64,000 bases of DNA from a virus: the IMG/VR virus record IMGVR_UViG_3300036774_000066, positions 92,610 through 156,609 of that record. One strand, written 5' to 3'. Shown one piece after another: positions 16,923 to 27,100 of this stretch (its first letter is position 1; each line of letters begins with the position of its first letter). The notes under the pieces are model-generated. The model was not told the DNA's origin and did no database searches. It was given only the letters and a program-made list of their open reading frames with translations. A program made the translations under genes and the position numbers.

Positions 16923-17271
16923 TCTTTTTCTTCTTTGCTATTCTCCTGTGATAAAAAAGAATCATAGCCCTCACGCACTTCTCCAACTCCGAAGGCTTTG
17001 TAGGGTATGCCAACTCAGCCACAGCACCCAAGTAAAACCTCTTCGCTATTGGTGTTGACAAAGAAGGAACATCCCTCACAACAACATACACAATCCCGCT
17101 CAATCTTAAATAGATGTATCTCCAAACTGTAAACTTAGCATTAGAGATAAAAAGGTACTTGGTTTTAACCGACAAAATTCCCTTGACAGACTCATACTCG
17201 TATCCACACTGCCCAAGCACGAGTGTCAAAATATCCGCAGATTCTTTATCAAGAAACACTGAAACTTTCAC
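16906..17271 (-). CDS. Degenerate CheY-like receiver-domain protein
   Basis: VKVSVFLD..ADILTLVLGQCGYEY...RFYLGAVAELAYPTKPSELEKCVR; GTG start after AAAGGAG. Confidence 0.5.
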   Translation of the reverse strand: MKVSVFLDKESADILTLVLGQCGYEYESVKGILSVKTKYLFISNAKFTVWRYIYLRLSGIVYVVVRDVPSLSTPIAKRFYLGAVAELAYPTKPSELEKCVRAMILFYHRRIAKKKKNVGTK

Positions 17272-18136
17272 TCTTTTTTCTCCTTTTCTTAGGTTCTTCT
17301 TCTCTCGGAAGTGGCTCAACTCCTCTTCCCGCCCTCCCTGGATCACTTGCCGCATACGTTATCTTTTTCTCCGCGACGGAAGAAGAGGGTGGAGGTGGAA
17401 TCTTCTTTTCAGGCTCAGGCTTCTTTACCGGGGGAGAAACAGAAGGGGCTGGCTGCGGCTTTACTGCTGGTTTTGACAAAACAGGCTGCGGCTTCGGTAA
17501 AACGTCTCTCACACCTGTAGTATTTCCCTCGTATCGAAGTGTATGAAACCCCACAGACCCTAAAAAATCAGCTATGTCAACATTCCCAACTGTTTCTCCT
17601 TGCAACCTCTCTCCGTTCTTGTAGTAATATCTACTGTAAACCGGAAACGCCTTGCCCTTCACAAACACCCATGTATATCTTCTACGCATCTGCCTATGCT
17701 CAATCAAGTTCGCAAAGAGATTAGGCAGACTATTGTTTACATGCTCATGGAACCCCGCATATATCGCAAGAAATTCATAACACGCCAAATCTGCTAACCC
17801 ACGGCACGGCTCAATCTCAGGCGTACTTTGCACAAAAATCTTGATAATATCATCCGTCTCTATTTTCCTGAACGAGTTTGAAAATCCCGCCCTCGCCCAA
17901 AAATAAGCTGCTGCCCAATTCACAATTCGAGGGTCAGTCACATTGACATAGTAGACAATATCACGCGCAAGGTTCTCGTTCTTCAACTGTTCCGCTATCC
18001 TCGCATCCCCTGTAATCTCTCCAATAGCCAAATCAATCACCCTCTGCATTGAGTCATACTGAAAGCAACCACATGGCACCCAAAGCCCTTCTGCGTTCTT
18101 ATAGTACCTGTTCCCATCACAAACACTACAAGCCAT
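17249..18136 (-). CDS. DnaC/DnaI-like helicase loader, degenerate ATPase, Pro-rich tail
   Basis: N-terminal CxxC...PCGC, LFANLIEHRQMRRRYTWV sensor-like region; no intact Walker A; upstream of dnaB. Confidence 0.55.
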   Translation of the reverse strand: MACSVCDGNRYYKNAEGLWVPCGCFQYDSMQRVIDLAIGEITGDARIAEQLKNENLARDIVYYVNVTDPRIVNWAAAYFWARAGFSNSFRKIETDDIIKIFVQSTPEIEPCRGLADLACYEFLAIYAGFHEHVNNSLPNLFANLIEHRQMRRRYTWVFVKGKAFPVYSRYYYKNGERLQGETVGNVDIADFLGSVGFHTLRYEGNTTGVRDVLPKPQPVLSKPAVKPQPAPSVSPPVKKPEPEKKIPPPPSSSVAEKKITYAASDPGRAGRGVEPLPREEEPKKRRKKSESFSVS

Positions 18137-18157
18137 AAACCCTCCACACTCAATACG

Positions 18158-19696
18158 TCAAACTGCCCTTATTCCATCAGGCTGTTGTAAAATAAACGCT
18201 CTGTCCTCCGCAGACATCTTGCCTATCTCTTTCTTCCTCCACAACAAATCCTTCCGCATCTTGACAATGTAGCCTTTAGAAACTTCAGCACCAATCTCCG
18301 GCAAATTCGGGTTCTTTGAAACAACCTTCGTGATCTTGTCTGCGTTGTGCTCCAACATCAACCTCTTGTACGAGTCAATTGTTCCCTCTGCCACTATGAT
18401 ATACACTTCCATAAACTCATGCTCAGTGTTCATGCGCACCACACGCCCGACCACCTGTATAAACTCACCAATAGAAAATGTCAAGTTGAAAAAGATAACT
18501 GTATTCGATACCTGCAAGTTCAGACTTTCCCCGCCCGCGCCCGTCATAAGTATGATTGACCTCGGGGCAAACTCATTAACGATCTGCTCCCTCTTGGCAA
18601 GCGTCGTGCTTCCTGTGACTACATGCAAGTCTACTCCACAGAACCTACCTCCTATCAGGTACTTCAGCCTGTCAAGTGACTCCCTCAATGAAGAGTACAC
18701 AATCACTGCCTTTCCTTCTGCCAACTTCTTCTCAATCAACTCCAAACACTTCGCTTCCTTAGATGTATACAAACAACTTGACTGAGTTGGAATAGAAAAA
18801 TCACTGCCCCTCAAACAAGTGTCCACGGCTATCTGTAAATCCGGCAACCTCGCCGCAAAATCCTTGTACGTCCCTCCCAAAATACCCATAGCTGCACGTA
18901 AATAGATCAGATTTTCCTGCCTTGACAAAACCACAGGCTCATAGCTAAACCGTACATCAAAATCCCTAAATCTTGACATAACATACGGCTTAATCAACTC
19001 CCGCAGGATTTCCAAGTTCCTGTATCCGACTATATCAAATATCGTCCGTAAACCTAACTTCCTCATCTTTCTAATAGTAAACTGCATCATAAACTGAGTC
19101 TTTGTTCCTAACACACCAGGAAACATGAAGTTGACCAACACGTATAGGTCTTCTATGTGATTCAGCAATGGCGTAGCCGTCAACCCCCAACAAACTAAAC
19201 TATGCTGCTTCAACACTTTACATAATCCATACCAAGTAATGCCCTTCTTCTTGTCATTCTCTCGGTAAAACTGACCCTTCTTGATTTTATGCATTTCGTC
19301 CAATACCAACACAACGCTCTGCCCTCTCAAGTATAGCTTCTCCAAGTAGAGTTTTGCATCCTCCAACTGATGATACGTGACTATCGTTATGTCCTCTTCC
19401 CCCGGTGTCAAAGGTGCATACTCCGTCATCGACCACTCAGGGCGACAAAGGAAATACTTGTAATGAGTCTCACCCTCAATCTCTTTCAACCAAGTAACCG
19501 TAGCTGACTTTGTACACACAACAAGTAAATGGAATTTTTTGTCAGGGTTCTTTCTGCGTAAAGCCTCAAAGGAAACCAAAGCCGCGTATGTCTTCCCCAA
19601 ACCTGTCCCAAAAGCAAGTATATGATCGGACGGCTTCGACAAGACCTGTAAAGCCTCAACCTGTTCGGGAGCTAATAGCATGTCAAAGTGACCCAT
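18158..19696 (-). CDS. SNF2-family SF2 helicase
   Basis: GTGLGKT, LDEMH, LTATPLLN, GGESLNLQ, QVVGRVVR. Confidence 0.92.
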   Translation of the reverse strand: MGHFDMLLAPEQVEALQVLSKPSDHILAFGTGLGKTYAALVSFEALRRKNPDKKFHLLVVCTKSATVTWLKEIEGETHYKYFLCRPEWSMTEYAPLTPGEEDITIVTYHQLEDAKLYLEKLYLRGQSVVLVLDEMHKIKKGQFYRENDKKKGITWYGLCKVLKQHSLVCWGLTATPLLNHIEDLYVLVNFMFPGVLGTKTQFMMQFTIRKMRKLGLRTIFDIVGYRNLEILRELIKPYVMSRFRDFDVRFSYEPVVLSRQENLIYLRAAMGILGGTYKDFAARLPDLQIAVDTCLRGSDFSIPTQSSCLYTSKEAKCLELIEKKLAEGKAVIVYSSLRESLDRLKYLIGGRFCGVDLHVVTGSTTLAKREQIVNEFAPRSIILMTGAGGESLNLQVSNTVIFFNLTFSIGEFIQVVGRVVRMNTEHEFMEVYIIVAEGTIDSYKRLMLEHNADKITKVVSKNPNLPEIGAEVSKGYIVKMRKDLLWRKKEIGKMSAEDRAFILQQPDGIRAV

Positions 19697-19748
19697 TGCT
19701 TAATCCTACTCCTATCCTTAATCCAAATAGACTAATAACCCACAAAAT

Positions 19749-19785
19749 CAAACAGGAGAAGAAATTTCATTTCCCTCTCCTGTTC
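19749..19785. terminator. Hairpin/terminator
   Basis: AAACAGGAGA...TCTCCTGT inverted repeat. Confidence 0.6.
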
Positions 19786-19906
19786 TTTCTGAAACATTGG
19801 TATTTGTTATATGAGCAATGTCCTCTTCCCCTATTGGTTTTTATGCCGTAAGGTTCGGAGTCCAAGACTCTCAAAGTGTTAGAAAATGCACGATGTTTGT
19901 CCTATT

Positions 19907-20290
19907 CTATCCGTTTCTCTTTTTACCTTCCCAACTCTTAAAACCCTTTATCTCATTATACGCTTTTTCCCAATTTCCCCGGAAGGTTATTCCCATATCG
20001 TCCAAATACACGTCAGCAAAAATTTTCCTTGAGTCATGAGTTTGATCTGGATTCTCGTTCACATGGTCATACGGTATTCTATTAGCGTCAAGGTACTTTT
20101 TCAACAACCCTTCTTCTTCTCTCGCTGTCCAAATAATAATCATCCACCCCTCATCGTGGAGTTTCTGAAGATACTCCGCAGCACCCTCAATAGGAGAACC
20201 AAAGACACCCTTACCCTTATCTCCCTCAGAATAATCTGCAATAACTCCGTCAAAGTCAACTGCGAGAGTTTTTCTTCTTTTCTCTGCCAT
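19907..20290 (-). CDS. HAD-superfamily phosphatase/nucleotidase-like protein
   Basis: AVDFDGVI, WTAR, KIFADVYLDD. Confidence 0.85.
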   Translation of the reverse strand: MAEKRRKTLAVDFDGVIADYSEGDKGKGVFGSPIEGAAEYLQKLHDEGWMIIIWTAREEEGLLKKYLDANRIPYDHVNENPDQTHDSRKIFADVYLDDMGITFRGNWEKAYNEIKGFKSWEGKKRNG

Positions 20291-20924
20291 ACTGTTCTTC
20301 CTCTGCCTTGTCTAAAAACTTGTTTACATCTGGACTAAGCATCAACGGTAGAAACTTCTTTACTTTTGAGTCAGGCCAATTCCACCACTGTAAACGAAGG
20401 AATCTCTTGATAGTCTTTGAATCAAAACGCACCTTAATAACTTTAGCAGGATTTCCACCAACAACAGTGTAGGGAGGAACATCTTTTGTGACAACAGAGT
20501 GAGTCGCTACACAAGCCCCATCCCCAACGGTAACTCCATGAAGAATCGTTGCGTCGTTCGCTATCCAAACATCATTTCCGATAACAACCGGACCTTTCGA
20601 CTTCGGGTGTCCTTTTATCCTCCACGCAGCCTCACAAAAAATGGTAAAGGGATACGTTGTAGCCCAATCCATTCTGTGATCTCCGTTAATGAAAATAACC
20701 GAATTGGCAATAGAACAATATGATCCTATTGTCAAGTTTCCTCCATACTCACGCCGCCCACAAACCTGCACCTGTCCAATATAAGTGTGTTTTCCAACAA
20801 AAACCCACGGATAAGTCTCAAGAAATCTCTGCGTCATCAAAGCAGAGCTATTTGTGATATATGTATTTACAGCACGAAGATACTGCTCCTCAGACATTCC
20901 TTCATGAAAGTCAACATCAGGCAT
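20256..20924 (-). CDS. CatB/Vat-related hexapeptide O-acetyltransferase
   Basis: IGSYCSIA, HRMDWATTYPF, IGNDVWI, VTKDVPPYTVVGGNPAKVIK.RF, WWNW. Confidence 0.92.
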   Translation of the reverse strand: MPDVDFHEGMSEEQYLRAVNTYITNSSALMTQRFLETYPWVFVGKHTYIGQVQVCGRREYGGNLTIGSYCSIANSVIFINGDHRMDWATTYPFTIFCEAAWRIKGHPKSKGPVVIGNDVWIANDATILHGVTVGDGACVATHSVVTKDVPPYTVVGGNPAKVIKVRFDSKTIKRFLRLQWWNWPDSKVKKFLPLMLSPDVNKFLDKAEEEQYGREKKKNSRS

Positions 20925-21363
20925 ATAGGCTCTCCAAAGAAATACCACAATAGGCACAAATCAAGCTAACCAAAATATCTTCTTTTTTCAAAACCCCATT
21001 TACAAGTAAAAGCAAGAGCAAATTCCGTAGCACAGAAACAGTTTCCCCAGATAACTCAGGGATATGCGTTGTACACTCCGAAAAAAGAACATGCTTGCAC
21101 TTGTAAACATTAGAACAAACTCTACATTTACTCTGAACAAACCTCTCATGAAAATCCCTACCATGCTTCTCAATCCATTGCAACCCGAAATCATCTCCGG
21201 GGTCTTTATGTATCCTTTCCCCTTCCACCCACTTCTCAAGTTCCATCATGTGAGTTTCAGCGATTTGTTTCCTCTTGTAAACACTACTCCCCACTAATAC
21301 CTGTAGATTTTTCTTAATCTCTCTACTCTTTTTTCTCCCAAGAAGCCAACGTAAAAAGTGCAT
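20917..21363 (-). CDS. Hypothetical protein, DUF4032-like KW.E.E...D.G...W motif plus Cys cluster
   Basis: EKWVEGERIHKDPGDDFGLQWIEKHG...CRVC..C...C. Confidence 0.5.
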   Translation of the reverse strand: MHFLRWLLGRKKSREIKKNLQVLVGSSVYKRKQIAETHMMELEKWVEGERIHKDPGDDFGLQWIEKHGRDFHERFVQSKCRVCSNVYKCKHVLFSECTTHIPELSGETVSVLRNLLLLLLVNGVLKKEDILVSLICAYCGISLESLYA

Positions 21364-21366
21364 AAA

Positions 21367-22332
21367 TCACCCCGCAATTGGCAATTTCACAGGCACATAC
21401 TCCTTGTTTGAAAACGGTAGAAACCTCACAAAATCCCCTTTAACCTGACTTAGCTTGTACTGCTCAATAAAATCCCACGTACTGTTGCACCGATAAACAG
21501 GAAGACCTTCAATAAAGCGTGCCTTCATCAGACTAAAAAGAGAAATCATTGAATCTGGACTCTCTCGCAGCATCTCAACCCACTTCGCATCTTTCTTCTC
21601 ATCCCCTCGATAGTCCGACTGCAAAAATCTCTCTGGACTACCAAACAAATTTGCGATCCTTGCCCCTAAACTCCTCGGGAAACGTGGATAACCCGGCCCA
21701 AGGGAGTCACTACTATCCCCTCCACATACAGACCTAAAGAATGGCACGTTCTCAGGCTCACAACCCTTGAAAGTCTCCCTAACCTCTGGTATCCCCCGTT
21801 CAATGAATTTACTTCCATCGCACTTATTCCATAAGACACACCTATCGTTTACACACTGCATCAAATCTTTATCATAGCCATAAATCAAAATCTTACTTGC
21901 ACTACCGGATAGTTTCTTAGACAAAGTATAAATAATATCATCACCCTCATACCCGTCATAGGCTGACAAATAAACATTAGGAAATAGTGAGGCTGACTGA
22001 ATTATCTCAAACAGTTTCTTCCAAATATCCGGCCTATACTCTCTCTTGGATTTATACTCTGGATGTTCCTTCTTTCTGAGATTATTTCTTGAATCAAGAC
22101 AAAGAATAATAGGAGAATCAGGACTTCTCCGTATCATCATAAGTAAACCCATCAAAAACCCATGAATATCCCCTGTGGAAGTCATTATTCCCGAATGGTC
22201 ATCTATCACGCTAAAATCTGTGTACCCATAGAAAGACTTATGCAAAAGCCACGAGCTATCCACAAGGAAAATCTTGTTTACAAATCCATAAAGCGGACGC
22301 AACTCTGACTGTTCTGTGACATGCGCTTCCAT
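21367..22332 (-). CDS. 5'-3' exonuclease / flap endonuclease (PolI N-terminal or T4 RNase H-like)
   Basis: LVDSS, RKKEHPEYKSKR, GYEGDDII, DKD, GDSSD. Confidence 0.9.
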   Translation of the reverse strand: MEAHVTEQSELRPLYGFVNKIFLVDSSWLLHKSFYGYTDFSVIDDHSGIMTSTGDIHGFLMGLLMMIRRSPDSPIILCLDSRNNLRKKEHPEYKSKREYRPDIWKKLFEIIQSASLFPNVYLSAYDGYEGDDIIYTLSKKLSGSASKILIYGYDKDLMQCVNDRCVLWNKCDGSKFIERGIPEVRETFKGCEPENVPFFRSVCGGDSSDSLGPGYPRFPRSLGARIANLFGSPERFLQSDYRGDEKKDAKWVEMLRESPDSMISLFSLMKARFIEGLPVYRCNSTWDFIEQYKLSQVKGDFVRFLPFSNKEYVPVKLPIAG

Positions 22333-22355
22333 GAGATACTATACGTTTTCTCCTG

Positions 22356-22387
22356 AAAAAAGAAACCCCGCAAGCAATCTCGCGGGG
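22356..22387 (-). terminator. Intrinsic terminator
   Basis: CCCCGC...GCGGGG stem followed by T-rich tail. Confidence 0.7.
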
Positions 22388-22407
22388 CCACAATCCAAAA
22401 ATACAAA

Positions 22408-22935
22408 TTAAGCTGAAATAGGTGGAGAATCTTGAGGAGACTCAGAAGAATCTTCTTTACTCTGCACCGGAAAAGGTAATTCCTTTTCAGACTTTTCAGG
22501 ATCACCTATGTAACCCTCCGTTGCCTTTCTCGTCTCCCTTCGTACAATATCCAACTTCTCCACAACACTGTCAATTGCCTTGACAATGCCAGGATTATCT
22601 ATCTCTCCGCTCAAAATTGTATCCCCAACTTCTCCAACGATCAAGTCACACCCTGCATCGGAAAGAGCCTTGCACAGCATCTTAAATTCAATGCTGAATC
22701 TCTCCTTCTCAGGATTATCCGTAGGATTATCGTTCTTAAAAAGCTGCTGTCGCAAAAAGACCTTCACAGCCTGACCAACAGCACAAGTAAACCGCATCTC
22801 ACCAATGACCTTCGTTCCCTCCGGCAAAACCGGAGCCTCCTGTGGAGAAGGCTGAAAAAACCGAATGCGATGAAACACAGTGTGCTTGGTGACAGCACGC
22901 TCAAACTCAGAAAACTTCACATACGAATGAATCAT
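22408..22935 (-). CDS. Hypothetical protein
   Basis: AGGAGG SD; flanked by non-coding gaps. Confidence 0.75.
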   Translation of the reverse strand: MIHSYVKFSEFERAVTKHTVFHRIRFFQPSPQEAPVLPEGTKVIGEMRFTCAVGQAVKVFLRQQLFKNDNPTDNPEKERFSIEFKMLCKALSDAGCDLIVGEVGDTILSGEIDNPGIVKAIDSVVEKLDIVRRETRKATEGYIGDPEKSEKELPFPVQSKEDSSESPQDSPPISA

Positions 22936-22988
22936 GAAAATTCCTCCTGTTTCTTACTAATACGACCAAAGCTAAAAAATCACACAGA

Positions 22989-24149
22989 CTACCCAATGGA
23001 CTTTGTGAACCGCACAACGAAACTGGAAATAATTGTTGAATAAGTCGGCAAGTCCACATACTCATCACCAACCAATTGCAGTATCTTCAATGACCCATCA
23101 GTCCGTACCAAGACAGCCCCGTTCACATACTGACTATTATTAACAAAAGCAAAGGGAAGAAGAACTTCCTGTGACGGCAGGTAGTCAGATGCAAGAAAAA
23201 CGTCCGTATAAACCGGACCCGTAACAAGACCGCCAAATCCCTGAAATACCATTTCCACAACAACACCGTTAGTAGCAGGATTTGAGGTAAACCTACTCAC
23301 AAACACCTTCGGGTGTGTAGGAGAAATACCTCCAGAACATCCATTAACTGTTATACTATACAAGTGGGAAAGATCAGGAAGTAAAGGATCAAGCTCGTTA
23401 TACAACTCGTCAAGGGACTGCTTAACTGTTCTTACCGTTGCTCCAGTAGCAACATTGTAAAACACCTCGTCAGCCATCACATCCCGCTTAGGAATATAAG
23501 GCAGCCCCTCGTAGCCTCCAATAGCAAAGCTACAATTTCCAGCTTCAAACAAAGTAAGAGAACCGCCAGACATTGTATATGGGGTAAACCCACCACACTC
23601 AATTTTCAAAACCAACCGAGAAAAGTAGGCTGCGTCGGCACAAAGAGTAGAAACCCACAATCTATGTAAACGCCCGTCACCCGGATGCTTATAGTCACCC
23701 CGAACATTGGCAAACTCCGTAAACGTACCACCTGTAGCATTGATAGACCCAATACGAATACGAACATTCGGTAAAGAAGTAGCAACATCGCATGAAAAAG
23801 TAACCACCCTGTCCACACAAACATCTTTAGGAATAAACTGAAGTATAGTATGTGGAGAGGACACTAAACCTAAATCCAAAATATTCCCAACAACAAACTT
23901 CACCCCTCCCCTAAAGGAGGACTGATCTATTGTAACAACTTCATGACTACTTATATCAAAAGTAGTAAATCCTGAATCAAGGTAACTATCCGCTATGTCA
24001 ACCCACCACTTATCACAAAATTCCTGCGGATTAGCTACCACACGAGGAAAGGTATTAAGCCGATTAAGAAACTGCGGGTTATAGCACCGACTCACCATGT
24101 TCTGTAACAAGGGGGAAAACCCGGCAACACTTCCCTCACTATTAGTCAT
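22989..24149 (-). CDS. Tail fibre / baseplate-associated protein
   Basis: End of tail operon; beta-rich; C-terminal fibre-like segment. Confidence 0.55.
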   Translation of the reverse strand: MTNSEGSVAGFSPLLQNMVSRCYNPQFLNRLNTFPRVVANPQEFCDKWWVDIADSYLDSGFTTFDISSHEVVTIDQSSFRGGVKFVVGNILDLGLVSSPHTILQFIPKDVCVDRVVTFSCDVATSLPNVRIRIGSINATGGTFTEFANVRGDYKHPGDGRLHRLWVSTLCADAAYFSRLVLKIECGGFTPYTMSGGSLTLFEAGNCSFAIGGYEGLPYIPKRDVMADEVFYNVATGATVRTVKQSLDELYNELDPLLPDLSHLYSITVNGCSGGISPTHPKVFVSRFTSNPATNGVVVEMVFQGFGGLVTGPVYTDVFLASDYLPSQEVLLPFAFVNNSQYVNGAVLVRTDGSLKILQLVGDEYVDLPTYSTIISSFVVRFTKSIG

Positions 24150-24184
24150 ATTCATACCTCTACTCCATTCGTGTAAATAATGAC

Positions 24185-27100
24185 TTATTTCATCTTTGCC
24201 AAGTAACGTCCACAAGGAACCATTGCAGATAGAAAAGCATCACAAGAGTACGACCTATAGGTAGGTAAACTATCCCCAAAAGAAAGCATAATTGCAATTT
24301 GTCCACCACTCATCTTAGAAACTGAGAACAAAGCAGCAAACACACTATCCCCAAACCCAAGGGGAAAGTAAGTCTCAAAGTCTACCGCTTCAGAGTGGAT
24401 ATGTTGACCAATAGCAGTATTATTTGATTCAAAAATACCTTGTTGAAGAACAAGATACTCAAAAGAGAAAGCAATAGCATGACGAATATCATAGTTAAAA
24501 TGACCTGAATAAAAATATTCCAGAAGAGAACCTCTGTCCTTGTACACATCACACGGCATTGCTCGCACAAACTGAACAGCACTCCCTAAAGAATACTCAT
24601 GTGAAGGAAATGCTGCTGAAACCGCTCTTCCGTCAAAAGGAATAACAGCCCGTGCAATGTAGTTATGTAAAGGATGGTTAAACATTCCGTTAAGCTGGTC
24701 CAGCAGGTTTATTACGCCTCTCGATGGTATCACCCGCATATTCTTATACCCAGAGCCAAGAGTGGAAACTAACACAGGGTTCTCCGGTACGTAAACTACC
24801 TTACTCTCACTTACCCACGGACCACCTACCAAAGTAAAACAAGCACCTCCAGCATGGACTCTTGGTGCATACTCTGTATAAAAAACAAGAGTATCATCCG
24901 GCAAATTCCCTATGGCGTCATCATACCGAAGAGCATGGTCCATCGCACCACGACCCTGATACATCGCATTCTGTGATGTACCACTTCCGTTTCTATCAAC
25001 CATTCCCAATACTATCTTACAAAGTAAAGAGGTCACTACGGTACTCGATCCAAAGTTACCCAGATAACTCTTAATACCATACGTCCTATACACCTTATCG
25101 TCCTTAAAGATATTACATATTGTCAAAAAATATGGATGATTAACAGTTTCATCAGAATTTTCAAGGTATGGACAAGCAGAATCAGGAATATCCTTTCTCC
25201 AATACTGAGAGTAATGCAAATCTTCTGACCATCTTGGAATATCCGACATCATCCAGTATATTCCAGTAGTAGAAAATCCATAAAGAACTTTCAAGTGATC
25301 TTTTGGTCCATAACCCCTACTTCCATCATAATCCTCAGAAACGGTAAGCCAAACCTTGTATGTACCAAACCCACACTCTGCTTCCATAATCACAGAAATC
25401 TCCGTAGGTAAATCACTGCCTGTCAATATATCCGTATCTGTAACAGGGGTCAGCGCAATGTTATCCCACACAACCCCATCAGCAGATTCCGCATACGTCA
25501 CTATAGCGTCAGAATCGTTAATAAACCACATCTTAAACCGAGGTGTAGGAAGTGAAGTACCTGCACCCGTGTCAAACATCACACATGCTTTTATGATATT
25601 AGTTCCATGTCCAGTCAATCCAGTGCAAAGTGTAGGACCAGTCCAATTAACTCCGTCTGTTGACACATACATATTCAACTGGTGCAAAAGATTAGTGGCA
25701 AAAAGATAATACTTCATTGTCACAACAGCAGCCTTTACAACAGATATACCATTCACGTTATTCATATCTCCACAATCAGGCAAACCTGCACAAGGAACAG
25801 GGGAAGAAAAACTATTAAGGTCAGTTGACGAATACAGGTCAAATCCTCCTGTAGCAGTATTAGCAACCCAAACTTTGTACTTTCCGTCAGAATCTCTCAT
25901 ACAACTACCGAAGGGGCGAAATTCTGACTGAGGAAGGGTAACAGGGGTAGTAGGATTTCCGTCAAGTGCAATTTGATCTGATATAAAAGCAAAGGTATGA
26001 ATCCTTCTCGTTTGTTCATCAAAACCAAGAGGCTCATACTGGTTATATCCAAACGCCTCCATCAAAGGAGTCCCATTCGAGGTCATGCTGAAGTTTCTTG
26101 CCTTCCCCCAAACGGGAGTCCTGTCAAGAAAAGAAGACCCACGAGAAAACTTAATGTAAACCTCACCTACCATTCCATCATGTGAATGTACTGAGTATCC
26201 TTCATAACTTCCAATATTTCCAGACTGCACATACCCTTGTATTGCTGCACCTGTCAAAGAAGTCCAAGACATATTTACAGTTGCGCCATTACTCGCCCAA
26301 CGAAATTTAGGAACCATACCAGTAAATACCACATGATCTCCAGCACCACCATTCCATGAAGGAAGCATCTGTAAATCAGCCTTCACCCAATGCCCAATTT
26401 GGTTGTACTCAAAAAATCCAGTAGGAATACACAGATTACCCGGATCGTCAATATCGGAAATAAAACAAATTGCAGCCTGACTCTCCTCTGCGTCTGACCA
26501 AACTTGACGTATTCCATCAGGGGCAGCAGGTATGCCATTATTTGTAATAATTTTATACTTCAACTGTGTTCCAGCAAGAGTTGAATTGCGAATACCCATA
26601 CCCTCAAAATGCCTATTCCCATAAATATCCAACTGTGTAGAAACAACTCCATCAGGTAGGCTATATTGAGAATACCAGTTGGTACTTAATGACCCTCCCA
26701 TAAGTTTCTTCATCGTCTTTTGATAAACTTCTTCCCAATCAAAAGTCCCAAGAGTAACGGTATGCCGCATATCCATTACATCCCGCTCCGCAATAATAGG
26801 AAAGGAAAGAAGATCAGGACGTGAAGAACCTCCATTGATATTTGCTTCACTGAAGGCAGCTTGATTTCTCCGATGCACAAAACAAATAGGAATACACCAA
26901 GCTAACCCGCCAACTCCCAAAGATGTATCCCCCGAAGCAGCAAATAAGCCATAGTCAGAAGAAACAATTACAAAGTTAGCGGTTGAAGAATCAGAGCTTC
27001 TCTTTCCCTGTGCGAAAAGGGCAGCATTCGTCAATATATTCTTAGGAATAACAGAGTTAGTTGTGGAGTCCTCAAAATCAAGAGAGAAAACCCGTATCCT

